The translations under genes were made by a program, and so were the position numbers. The notes beneath the pieces are model-generated. The model saw nothing but the letters and a program-made list of their open reading frames with translations. It was not told the DNA's origin and ran no database searches. DNA of 64,000 nt from a virus (Duplodnaviria; Caudoviricetes), in IMG/VR virus record IMGVR_UViG_2825118518_000002, positions 32,001-96,000 of that record; one strand, given 5' to 3'. Below, piece by piece: positions 18,815 through 27,403 of the stretch; positions within the stretch are counted from its first letter, which is position 1; each line of letters opens with the position of its first letter.

Positions 18815-20710
18815 ATGCAGAATTCAAGCAGGTCCGCAGTCCGTCCGCTCATAGAAGACGTTCCCGCCGTCCGGCAAATGCTTGCCGATGGCACTCGTTA
18901 CACTGACATCTGGAAATCTCTCGGCATCACAAAACAACGGCTGGATCGCATCAAGAAATTAATCGCCGAAATCGACACCGCCGAACCAGCCGCCGTTGAG
19001 CCGCCTGCTCCGGCACCTAAATCCCCCAAGATCAAGCCGAAGACCGAAAATGATCTTCGGGAACGGATTGCCACCGATGAACTCACGGTGCCGTTTTCGA
19101 ACTGGCTCGGGAACGGCTGGTACCGTGAATCCGGAGATCCGCAGGAAATCTTCGAAACCGACGAGAATGGCGAGCAGCAGCTCGTAGGCATGAAGATCGA
19201 CCCCGGTGTTCTCTGGCCGGACGAATGGAATGGACCGAAGTCGCTCGACGATATCTGGATCAGCCCGAACGTGCCTGCTCCTCGTCGATCGAGGAAAGCG
19301 GGTATCATCGTCTCGATGCACCAAGCACAGACTCCGACCCACGGGCCGTTTGCGGTGAACCTGCATGCTCTCGCGGTCGCACTGGGCGGATACGACATCC
19401 TTCTTGGTGGTGCGACCTACGGGAAGAGCCTGTTCACGAAGAAGCGGAAGCGTGACATCCTCGAAGTCGCGCCGTGGTCGTCGATGGTCTCCCATCTGGT
19501 CACCCGCAGTCGGCAGCATCTCGCTCCTGGTGTGCAGTTCTGCGCCGAGATGAACATGCGTCCAACGAAATCGAATCCGCTCACAGGCCTCAACGGATAT
19601 ATCCGCGGAACGACGTCGATCTTCGCTCATCCTAAACGCGCCATCGTCTCCGTGCCGCGGCCGCAATTCTCCGATCCGGTGACGATGTGGACGACAGGCG
19701 CATGCAGCGTGCCAAACTACGTCGAGCAAGAAGCCGGGTTGAAGGGGCTTCAGCGTCATACCATCGGCGCCGTCATCGTTGAGATCGACAACGAGGATCG
19801 CATCTTCGTCCGCAATATCGATGCCGATCCCGAAACCGGAAATTTCTTCGATCTGGATCTCTTCGTCTCAGGCGGGAACGTCTACACGATCGACGAAGCG
19901 ATTGAGGAATCTCAGGGACAGCTCGAGCGCCCATTCCTCGGCATCCCGTGCACGCATCGCGCCGGGATCCACCCACCCTATGCTCGCGCGATGTGGGGAT
20001 ATGGTGGCAACCCGGAGGGTGACCGTCCTCTGATCGATCTTGTCCGTGCTCGTGGCCAAGCTTTCAATGACCTCTTCGACGGTCAGGCGATCAATCACCA
20101 CGAAGATCGGAATCCGCTGGCGCTCTATCGCCGACACGCGGACAAGAAGCAGTTCGTTGAGCCTGAGATCGATCAGGCAGCGCGCTTCTTGTCGGAGACT
20201 GCAAGGCCCTGGTGCAAGAGCTACATCGTCTATTCCAACCACGACGACTTCCTAAAGCGGTGGCTTGAGCGGCCTTCTACTGAGGTATCCGTCGAGAACT
20301 CGAAGCTGTGGCACCTCGCCAACTATGAATGCCGCGCTGCCATCGATCGTGGCGATGCTTTCGACGTCTTCGAGTGGGTCATTCGCCGTTCGAATCCGTC
20401 AGCCGAGTTCGAACTGGTGAACGCAGACAAGCCACTCCACGTGTACGGCACCTACTACAATTTCCACGGAGATGTCGGCGCGAACGGCGCCCGAGGATCC
20501 ACCGCAGGGCTGGCGAAGCTCGGGCTGAAGATCTCGAAGGCCCACGACCACGGCCTCGGCTGGATCGACGACTGCATCTCCATGGGCAACCTGATCCACC
20601 GTGCTGACTATGCTAAGGGGCCGACGGGATGGGTCGGCGCTTGGCATCTCGGACACTCAGACGGAAACAGACAAGTTGGTCTTCTCGTCGGCGACAAGTA
20701 TCGAGCCTAG
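18815..20710 (+). CDS. T5 A1-like metallophosphoesterase/DNase with N-terminal HTH
   Basis: AEMNMRPT, TTGACSVPNYVEQEAGLKG, NHH, SNHD, HGDVGANGARGS blocks colinear with my recollection of phage T5 A1. Confidence 0.82.
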   Translation: MQNSSRSAVRPLIEDVPAVRQMLADGTRYTDIWKSLGITKQRLDRIKKLIAEIDTAEPAAVEPPAPAPKSPKIKPKTENDLRERIATDELTVPFSNWLGNGWYRESGDPQEIFETDENGEQQLVGMKIDPGVLWPDEWNGPKSLDDIWISPNVPAPRRSRKAGIIVSMHQAQTPTHGPFAVNLHALAVALGGYDILLGGATYGKSLFTKKRKRDILEVAPWSSMVSHLVTRSRQHLAPGVQFCAEMNMRPTKSNPLTGLNGYIRGTTSIFAHPKRAIVSVPRPQFSDPVTMWTTGACSVPNYVEQEAGLKGLQRHTIGAVIVEIDNEDRIFVRNIDADPETGNFFDLDLFVSGGNVYTIDEAIEESQGQLERPFLGIPCTHRAGIHPPYARAMWGYGGNPEGDRPLIDLVRARGQAFNDLFDGQAINHHEDRNPLALYRRHADKKQFVEPEIDQAARFLSETARPWCKSYIVYSNHDDFLKRWLERPSTEVSVENSKLWHLANYECRAAIDRGDAFDVFEWVIRRSNPSAEFELVNADKPLHVYGTYYNFHGDVGANGARGSTAGLAKLGLKISKAHDHGLGWIDDCISMGNLIHRADYAKGPTGWVGAWHLGHSDGNRQVGLLVGDKYRA

Positions 20711-21069
20711 TCTTCGGCTTCCTCTTCCTGAAGTCCAAGCTCCGTGTATAGCGCGTCTTGGTCAATTGATCCCGTCGTGCGGAAAGCCCGCATCTCCGCC
20801 GAGACCAACTGACCAGCCCGTAACGGGGTCGCGCCCTCGAGCGTCGTTGCTTTGAGTAGGCCATAACCACCGCGTTGCTCGAGTGGATACATCAGGAGTC
20901 CGAACTCAGCCGCCCATTCGACAACACTAGTCCTAAACGCCGCCTTCAGCGTGGTGCGTCTGGAAACTGTTTTCAGCGTCTGATCGCTGATGCGAGCGCG
21001 AGTGCGTTCAGATCTGTGCAGCATCGTGGCGAGCAGTAGGGCAGTATCAGCAGACGACATGTAGGCCAT
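20707..21069 (-). CDS. Hypothetical 120 aa protein, acidic tail
   Basis: RBS AGGAGG; converges on and overlaps A1-like stop. Confidence 0.75.
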   Translation of the reverse strand: MAYMSSADTALLLATMLHRSERTRARISDQTLKTVSRRTTLKAAFRTSVVEWAAEFGLLMYPLEQRGGYGLLKATTLEGATPLRAGQLVSAEMRAFRTTGSIDQDALYTELGLQEEEAED

Positions 21070-21207
21070 GGTTGACGATCCTCCTTCAGGATTTGTGTGA
21101 TCCTAAATAAGGATTTTTTGGATCTCGTCAATCGAGTTTTGCTGCCGGCGATTTCCTTGTGTTTTGTAATGTTAGAACATAACATGAGTATCACTCTGGA
21201 GACTATC

Positions 21208-21459
21208 ATGGCTGCCACATACCTACCCACCCCTTTCAAATGCGCAACGGCAGTGGAGATCGAGGCCAAGCTCTCCGCGGAAGTCATTCAGCACATTGAT
21301 GCTCGGCGACTGTCCTCGGCCGAAATCAGCCGCCGATATCCGACAATCCGTCTCGAACATCTCCAGAAACTTCGCCGCGGGGAGCCTCTAAATTTCAGGG
21401 TCCTGTCGGCGCTCATCGAAGCTACGGGCGCGCCCGTCAACATCCGGGTGAACTCATGA
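21208..21459 (+). CDS. XRE-like HTH protein
   Basis: RRLSSAEISRR...LQKLRRGE...LIEATG; RBS GGAG; ATGA overlap with endolysin. Confidence 0.65.
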   Translation: MAATYLPTPFKCATAVEIEAKLSAEVIQHIDARRLSSAEISRRYPTIRLEHLQKLRRGEPLNFRVLSALIEATGAPVNIRVNS

Positions 21460-22277
21460 AATTCACGTACCCCCGCGCCATGAAGCAGATCCGCATCTTC
21501 GAAGGCGGCTGGTCGAACCACCCGAAAGATCCGGGCGGCGCCACCATGTACGGCATCATCCAGCGGGAATACGATGCTTACCGGACACTCAAGGATCGCT
21601 CGAAGCAGTCGGTCCGGTTGATCACCGAAGACGAGGTCGCCGAGATCTATCGCAGTCAGTATGCGGACAAGGTTCGCTACGACGACCTGCCTGCAGGTGT
21701 CGATTTCGCGACTCTCGACGGCGCCATCAATTCGGGTGTATCGCGCGGATCCAAATGGCTTCAAGGTGCCCTCGGTATTGCCGCCGACGGAGTGGTCGGC
21801 GCGCAGACGGTTGCTGCGGCTGCCAAGGCCGATGCCCTGAAGACCATCAAGGCCATCTACAGCAAGCGCACTGGGTTCCTCCGCGGGCTGACGACATTCA
21901 GCACATTCGGCAAAGGGTGGATCTCCAGGTGCACGACTGGCGAGGCGTTCTCGATGAAGCTCCAACTCGATCAGCGTGCCACATCCCCGGCATCACAACA
22001 GATCGTCCTTCTGTCGGAATCCACGACAGCATCTAAGAATTCGAAGACTGCAGGTGCAGGCGTTGCGGGATCTGCGGCTTCTTCAGCGACATCCAGCACG
22101 CAGATCGACACGTCGAATCTTGCAGGACTGGAGAGCATTCTGGTGATCGGAGCGGTCATCGGTCTCGCCGTGCTGACCGTCTACCTTATCCACCGTTATC
22201 GCGTCCAGAAGGCCAGATCCGAGGCCTACGCCGCTGTAGCGGCAACCGCCACTGAAGCTTCAGGAGCTGCCGCATGA
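21456..22277 (+). CDS. Endolysin, GH108 with PG-binding domain and C-terminal TM
   Basis: EGGWSNHPKDPGGATMYGI, ADGVVGAQT, FGKGW. Confidence 0.93.
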   Translation: MKFTYPRAMKQIRIFEGGWSNHPKDPGGATMYGIIQREYDAYRTLKDRSKQSVRLITEDEVAEIYRSQYADKVRYDDLPAGVDFATLDGAINSGVSRGSKWLQGALGIAADGVVGAQTVAAAAKADALKTIKAIYSKRTGFLRGLTTFSTFGKGWISRCTTGEAFSMKLQLDQRATSPASQQIVLLSESTTASKNSKTAGAGVAGSAASSATSSTQIDTSNLAGLESILVIGAVIGLAVLTVYLIHRYRVQKARSEAYAAVAATATEASGAAA

Positions 22278-22516
22278 ATCCGAGAATGCTCGATCTCGTC
22301 CGAACCCTTGTCACGATCGTCGCGACCGTGCTCCTTGCGGACAGCAAGCTGTCCCCGGATGACATCAATACCCTTGCAGCCGGCGCCACAATTGCTCTGA
22401 CGCTTGGCTACGGCATCTATGAACGCAAGCACGAAGGTTGGAAATTCGGCCGGAAGCGCTTCGAGCCGGGCGCCGAGATCAAGGACGGCGGCCAGACATG
22501 GGTCTGTAAAGAGTGA
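22274..22516 (+). CDS. Putative holin
   Basis: Two hydrophobic segments and charged C-terminus inside lysis cassette. Confidence 0.6.
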   Translation: MNPRMLDLVRTLVTIVATVLLADSKLSPDDINTLAAGATIALTLGYGIYERKHEGWKFGRKRFEPGAEIKDGGQTWVCKE

Positions 22517-22776
22517 TGATGATGTTGACGGCACTGTTCGCATGGATGACCTCGTCGTGCGGTAAGGTCGTGGCCAAATGGGGCGCCATCGCCGCCGCCG
22601 TCGGACTGGCCTACTGGCGAATCCGAGAATCCGGTCGCGCTGCCGAACGAGCTGATCGGGCGTGCGAGACCACCAAGGCAGCCGCCAACCGAGAGAAGAT
22701 CCATGACCAGGTTTCGAAACTGCCTGACGCTGATGTTCGTGATGAGCTGTCTGGCTGGGTGCGCGACGACATCTGA
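22513..22776 (+). CDS. i-spanin (Rz-like)
   Basis: N-terminal TM plus helical periplasmic part. Confidence 0.7.
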   Translation: MMMMLTALFAWMTSSCGKVVAKWGAIAAAVGLAYWRIRESGRAAERADRACETTKAAANREKIHDQVSKLPDADVRDELSGWVRDDI

Positions 22777-22903
22777 CTGGTGCGCGTCCAACCGTCCGAT
22801 CCGTCCGACCACCGAGGATGTCGCAACGATGTCATCGGGAACGGCTCGACAGATCCTAGAGCATAATCGAAGCGGTCAAGATCTGTGCGGATGGAAGCCT
22901 TGA
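22703..22903 (+). CDS. o-spanin (Rz1-like lipoprotein)
   Basis: Lipobox LAGC, overlaps i-spanin, QILEHN...CGW end. Confidence 0.8.
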   Translation: MTRFRNCLTLMFVMSCLAGCATTSDWCASNRPIRPTTEDVATMSSGTARQILEHNRSGQDLCGWKP

Positions 22904-23128
22904 TCACGCCGTGAAGCCGGAGATGACCAGTAGCACGACAACGAAAGCCGCCAGCGCCGAGTAAAGCTTCAGCTTGCTCTTGTCGATCCGGAGAACGATG
23001 ATCTCGCGCTCAAGTGGCGCACCGAGTGACTGAGGCTCGAGTACGGTCTCGCGGTAGCTCTCGACGAAAGGCACCCGACCGCGTTCGAGCCGATCTCTCC
23101 GCTCATCCATTCTTCTTCTCGGATCCAT
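22904..23128 (-). CDS. Small membrane-anchored hypothetical protein
   Basis: 74 aa, C-terminal TM. Confidence 0.45.
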   Translation of the reverse strand: MDPRRRMDERRDRLERGRVPFVESYRETVLEPQSLGAPLEREIIVLRIDKSKLKLYSALAAFVVVLLVISGFTA

Positions 23129-23146
23129 CTTCGCCCCATTATGCGC

Positions 23147-23228
23147 CTTAAGTCGCGAACAGCGACAATTTCCGTTCTTAAGTCGCGTTTATCGACAGAT
23201 ACAGCCCTATCCGCCGTCTTAAGTCGTG
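23147..23228. repeat. Three direct repeats CTTAAGTCG(C/T)G
   Basis: Copies at 23147, 23177, 23218 in an intergenic region. Confidence 0.8.
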
Positions 23229-23247
23229 AATATCTTACAGCTTAAAC

Positions 23248-23769
23248 CTATACATTCTTCGAGCGCTTCACTCGCACCCAGCGACCCCACTTCTCTTGCG
23301 GGTAGGCAATCTGCGTGATCTCGCGATTGCGCTGGAGTGCCTCATGCTGCCGAGCATGCCGCTCTGCGACCTTCCAACGATAGTAGACGGTTCCGGCAAG
23401 CGCGATGATGCACAGCGCGACGACCAGCCATGCGGCGGCCCAAATGATCCAGACGATGCCCACGAGGAGATAGTCATCTCCGTTCTTGAAATTCGACGCG
23501 AAGATCAGTTCGATCAGTCCGTCTTTTATGATGATGATCGGCGCCGCCAACATAAGAAAGAAGATGGCGAGGTATGGCAGCGCCCCCATCATCAGACGCT
23601 CCCAGCGGATCTGCCAGAGGTCTTCGTGGTAAAACCCTTGCGCCTGGTGGCCGATCCTTCCGGTGTAGTATCCAGCCATGCATAGAAAGAAAATTGCCAA
23701 AACTGCGTAGCCACCAGCAAGCGCATAGAACATTCGCGGAATTCCCCCAGGCAGCCGCAACTTCTGCAT
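23248..23769 (-). CDS. Membrane protein, 3 predicted TM
   Basis: 173 aa with three hydrophobic stretches. Confidence 0.7.
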   Translation of the reverse strand: MQKLRLPGGIPRMFYALAGGYAVLAIFFLCMAGYYTGRIGHQAQGFYHEDLWQIRWERLMMGALPYLAIFFLMLAAPIIIIKDGLIELIFASNFKNGDDYLLVGIVWIIWAAAWLVVALCIIALAGTVYYRWKVAERHARQHEALQRNREITQIAYPQEKWGRWVRVKRSKNV

Positions 23770-23923
23770 TTATAATCCCGCGAAGATATCGCGTCGAGGG
23801 GGCAGATCCTCGCTTCCAGGATAGCAATCCATGCTTCCTGGGACGAATCCGCCGGCGCTTTCGGTTGTTTGTGGGTTTCGGCCGACGGCAGGATCCTGGT
23901 CTCGTCAGACAAGGAGAACATAC

Positions 23924-24475
23924 ATGCTGAAGAAAGCCCTGAACCCGATCTGGTACCTGAACGGCCTGACGGCCATCCTGCACGATCTGTTCGGACGAAT
24001 GCTGCGGTGGCTGGGCCTAATGAAATCGCAGCCGCCCATCGCCCACGACAACACGCAGGTTGATGATGTTCTAGCCGCGGCTGAGCAGGCAGCCGAGGAT
24101 GCGGCGGCAATGGAAGAGCTGGGTAAGCAGATGACCCCGGCCGAAGTCGTGCGCAAATATGCGAAAGCGAATGAAGAAGATCGTCCGAGCATCGATCTGT
24201 CAGCTCTGACTGCGCAGCAGCAAGACTGGCTTCTGAGCCGATCTGATGTAGATCTGGTTTTCCTCGCGAACGAGACCGATACCGGACTCGAGCGCTCGTT
24301 GGAAGCTCTGCAAGTGTTTCGATGGAAACCGCGTCGTCCAGAACAAGAGCCAGCCCCAGTTCTGTCGACGACGCCGATGTCAGATGAAGAAAAAGCGCTT
24401 TTCATTCGCGCCCGCGTCTCGGAACTCTGGCTACCGAACGGAAGCGCCAATCCGGAACCGAAGTACCGAGGGTGA
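23924..24475 (+). CDS. Hypothetical protein
   Basis: RBS AAGGAG before ATG 23924. Confidence 0.7.
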   Translation: MLKKALNPIWYLNGLTAILHDLFGRMLRWLGLMKSQPPIAHDNTQVDDVLAAAEQAAEDAAAMEELGKQMTPAEVVRKYAKANEEDRPSIDLSALTAQQQDWLLSRSDVDLVFLANETDTGLERSLEALQVFRWKPRRPEQEPAPVLSTTPMSDEEKALFIRARVSELWLPNGSANPEPKYRG

Positions 24476-24640
24476 GCGGTCAACTGTCACCCTGTCGCAT
24501 CTCATTCCGAAACCGCCCGAGGTCACGGCCGGGCGGTTCTCGACTTCAAAGCGTTTCAGCGCCTCGAAAAGTTCCGGGATCTCGAACAAAATGTCGCCGA
24601 ACTGCGCGACGAGGCCTTCGTCGGAGAGATCAGGGATCAT
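24431..24640 (-). CDS. Hypothetical protein
   Basis: ATGA-coupled to upstream gene. Confidence 0.5.
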   Translation of the reverse strand: MIPDLSDEGLVAQFGDILFEIPELFEALKRFEVENRPAVTSGGFGMRCDRVTVDRSPSVLRFRIGASVR

Positions 24641-24957
24641 GCTGCACTCCGTGCGCGGTTGCGGTCGATGAATGCCTGACGCTGTGCCAGCACCGTCTTG
24701 AGCTGGCGAACTTCCGCTTCGAGAGCGGCGATGCGCCGTGCACCAGCGATAGCAAGACGGCCGAGTTCGTCCGCGCGACTAAGGGCTTCGGCGAGGTCGC
24801 GTGCCTCCCGACGGCGCATGTCCGCTTCACGAACACGATCTGCATGGCGGATCCCATTCATGAGACCGCCGGAAAGCGCCTGGGCGACGCCGTAGGACAG
24901 GACTCCAACCTGGAGCGCTGCGCTGACCGCGGGATCGGGAGCAATGTGTCGGTGCAT
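24637..24957 (-). CDS. Coiled-coil hypothetical protein
   Basis: RBS AAGGAGG, heptad pattern. Confidence 0.65.
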   Translation of the reverse strand: MHRHIAPDPAVSAALQVGVLSYGVAQALSGGLMNGIRHADRVREADMRRREARDLAEALSRADELGRLAIAGARRIAALEAEVRQLKTVLAQRQAFIDRNRARSAA

Positions 24958-25079
24958 GCGAACCTCCTTCAATCAAGAGAGGCCGACGCTATACGGACCC
25001 GGAACATTTGAGAGCCCCGCTGAGCGAAAATTCTGCTGCCAGTGTAAACAGAGTACGATCGGGAACACTGACTGGTCCG

Positions 25080-25648
25080 TTATCGCTTCATGCGACCGAG
25101 CTTCATTCGATTGCCAATCCTATTGTTGCATTTCGTACATCGAAGTCTCGGAAACAATGTCACGATAGGAGTCCGCTTGCCGTATCGCCGCGACAGCTCC
25201 CAGCGGTCGAGCCAGCCAGTGTGACTGCACATCGCACAACACCCCGCGAGCAGGTACCATTGTTCGAGTTGCTCGAAAGTGAGGTCGTCATCCTTGGACT
25301 GCTTGAACGGCGCGGCCGCATCCGCCGCATGGGCGGCCGCTGGAACTCCGGGGGCGGAGGATCCGGCGCCTTCTCGCATGACATCCTGTGACGACCATTG
25401 AGGTGAACAAGAACTTTACCAGGCCGGGCACGTAGCGACGCCCTGTAAGCTGCCATCGAGACTGAGAAATCGGTGGCGCGCGATATCGTCTCCAAAATCT
25501 CGCCGCCGGATTCGGGCTCATCGCTCCAGACTTCAACGCGATAGGTATGCTCCGTCGAGTCCGATCCAGATCGACGACTGCCTTCGCCAACTGTGTAACC
25601 GACGTCGGAAACTGTCCGTACGAGATCGATACCCTTGCGATGCTTCAT
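25080..25648 (-). pseudogene. Zn-ribbon protein split over two frames
   Basis: MKHRKGIDL... frame loses protein-like character near 25310 while the -1 frame carries CAMC...RLRCTKC. Confidence 0.5.
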
Positions 25649-25878
25649 CAGACGCGCTCGTACTGAGGCTTCCAACCGCGGCCTATCCCCTTCGACATCA
25701 GGCTGCTGGCGATGAAAAGCTGGTCGCGCAGGAAATCAGCGTCTTCAAGAAGAGATCGGATTGCAGCGACTGCATCACCATCGTGGGCCTGTAGGACAGA
25801 CACGGCGAGATCGATTTCTGAAGCGGACTGGGTGACAGTTTCTTCGACAGCAATATCGAGAGCGAGCTGTTGGGTCAT
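25648..25878 (-). CDS. Small rhizobial hypothetical protein (HDGDAVAAIRSLL type)
   Basis: RBS AAGGAG, LexA box upstream. Confidence 0.8.
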   Translation of the reverse strand: MTQQLALDIAVEETVTQSASEIDLAVSVLQAHDGDAVAAIRSLLEDADFLRDQLFIASSLMSKGIGRGWKPQYERV

Positions 25879-25918
25879 GAGATCTCCTTAGGAATAGCTT
25901 CCGTCGTCAACGGAATTT

Positions 25919-25933
25919 GTTCCTATTTTGTTC
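25919..25933. promoter_or_regulatory. Alphaproteobacterial LexA (SOS) box
   Basis: GTTC-CTATTTT-GTTC = GTTC-N7-GTTC, ~40 bp upstream of 25878 start. Confidence 0.85.
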
Positions 25934-25948
25934 TCATTGGCTCCGGAG

Positions 25949-26287
25949 TCAAGCGGGGTCTTTGCAGACTGTCGCGACGACGCGCTTGTTCTTGAGGATA
26001 AGGTCACCGAGGTCGGCATCGCCGCTGAGGACGGATAGGAGCTGGTCGAGATCTGGGCGATAGAGATCGTAGGCATAGACTTCTGATGTCGGGACTTCGT
26101 AGCCGTCTTCCAGTTCGATTTCGGCGCGCACCTCGCGAAGCTCTTTCGCGACCTCTTCAATGGAGTTGCCGAATCCGGTGACCGTGCTTGCGGCCGGATC
26201 GACTGCGTATGCGTAGACTGTGATGCCCATGACGATCTCCACTGTTGGTCGAGGAGAGATATCCCGGATCACACGATCGATGTCCAC
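25949..26287 (-). CDS. Hypothetical acidic protein
   Basis: ORF 112 aa; true start may be ATG 26230. Confidence 0.6.
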   Translation of the reverse strand: MDIDRVIRDISPRPTVEIVMGITVYAYAVDPAASTVTGFGNSIEEVAKELREVRAEIELEDGYEVPTSEVYAYDLYRPDLDQLLSVLSGDADLGDLILKNKRVVATVCKDPA

Positions 26288-26316
26288 TGTAGGATTCTAC
26301 AGTGGACCATTACCGA

Positions 26317-26952
26317 TCAGGATGTCGCCGTCTCTGTTTCGGGTTCAACCACAGACGTTCGCCTCCTAGCTGAAGGGCCTGCACGCTTCAGGAGATCGAA
26401 CAGATAATAGATGTGTTCATCGGTCAATGCTATGCCAGCATACCAATCGCGATGGCCTTGAGCTTTGAACAAGGCGCCACTGACCTCTGGCCAGACACGG
26501 TGCAGGGCATTCAAACTTCCGTGGTTGTTGTGTTTCAGAGCATTGGCAAGACGGTGGACTCTAGCGAAGTCTGCCGGGATCTCGATATTCATTTCCCTGG
26601 CAGCTGCTTCCAATTCTGCGTGCTTGCCGTCCGAGAGCTTGCAGAATACCCGGATCTTTCGTTCCCAGTAGTGATAGATGGCCATAGCGAAAGCCTTCCT
26701 GAGTTCTCCATAGGCCTCCCCAAGCGTCTCCATCTTATAGTTATAGACATCGGCGGGATCGAAGAGCGTAGAGCCATCTTCGGCGAACTCTAGCTGGTTT
26801 TGGTACTCCCCGGATTGCAAGAGCGCTTCCCACGCTTCGGTTTCCTCTCGGCTTTTAGCCTGTATTCCTTTCGCTGCAGCGGTGAAGCTATCGCGGAGAC
26901 AATCGATGCCCGATTCATACATCCATCCGTGCACGCTGAAATTAAGCTTCAC
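26317..26952 (-). CDS. HEPN-like all-helical protein
   Basis: GTG start with GGGAGG RBS; AIYHYWE and RLANALKH motifs. Confidence 0.55.
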   Translation of the reverse strand: MKLNFSVHGWMYESGIDCLRDSFTAAAKGIQAKSREETEAWEALLQSGEYQNQLEFAEDGSTLFDPADVYNYKMETLGEAYGELRKAFAMAIYHYWERKIRVFCKLSDGKHAELEAAAREMNIEIPADFARVHRLANALKHNNHGSLNALHRVWPEVSGALFKAQGHRDWYAGIALTDEHIYYLFDLLKRAGPSARRRTSVVEPETETATS

Positions 26953-27082
26953 GCAAACCCTCCCCGTATCTTCAGATCGTCGGCACCGAGCCGCGTCATC
27001 TGAAGAACACGACATTTCGCAAGTCAATAAGCGAGGATCTCGAATCTTGCAGGGGCCTGGGCGACGATCACCCAGCTCATCC

Positions 27083-27222
27083 TTGCTGAAGCTATCAGCC
27101 GCTCAGTTCAAAACTGAGGGGCTACGGCTCCCCGCTGCGGCCGAACATCTCGGCGACGGATGCGGATTAGGCTTGAGATTGCGTTCCAGTGTTTTGAACT
27201 TAGAGGCTCATAGCTTCAGCAA
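27083..27222 (+). ncRNA. Candidate structured ncRNA closed by 32-bp inverted repeat
   Basis: 27083-27114 vs 27191-27222 complementary at 29/32; internal cTACGg hairpin. Confidence 0.55.
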
Positions 27223-27273
27223 AACACAGTTGAGAATCTTGCTCACCGACGGTTTCCGACGGGTTGGAAAATC

Positions 27274-27297
27274 CAATCTGTCGGTCAATCTGTCGGT
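27274..27297. repeat. Tandem CAATCTGTCGGT x2, probable integrase arm sites of prophage 1
   Basis: Exact 12-bp tandem 60 bp from att core. Confidence 0.7.
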
Positions 27298-27326
27298 GGC
27301 GATTTCGGGCGTCCATTAGCGGAAAT

Positions 27327-27353
27327 GAAAAAGCCCTGCATTGCAGGGCTTTC
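27327..27353 (-). terminator. Terminator after tRNA 3' end
   Basis: AAAGCCCTGCA-T-TGCAGGGCTTT, T-run on minus strand. Confidence 0.85.
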
Positions 27354-27356
27354 AGC

Positions 27357-27403
27357 TGGTCGGAGTGGAGTGATTCGAACACTCGACCCCCACGTCCCGA
27401 ACG
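27357..27403 (-). other. att core: 3' half of tRNA-Pro(CGG)
   Basis: Minus strand CGTTCGGGACGTGGGGGTCGAGTGTTCGAATCACTCCACTCCGACCA: anticodon loop, T arm, CCA; 5' half absent. Confidence 0.9.

Larger units (their letters stand above)
1..27356 (+). mobile_element. Prophage 1, lambda-like siphovirus (right part; continues left of window)
   Basis: Canonical terminase-gpW-portal-protease-capsid-tail-TMP-lysis order on + strand, ending at arm-type repeats and a tRNA-derived att core. Confidence 0.93.

Noticed and set aside
21175-21189. LexA box before the HTH-endolysin operon
   Set aside because: GAAC-N7-GAGT has two mismatches in one half-site; too weak
23147-23228. Mini CRISPR array
   Set aside because: Repeats are only 11 bp, spacers unequal (19 and 30 bp), no cas genes
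27083-27222. Retron msr-msd
   Set aside because: No reverse transcriptase in the window
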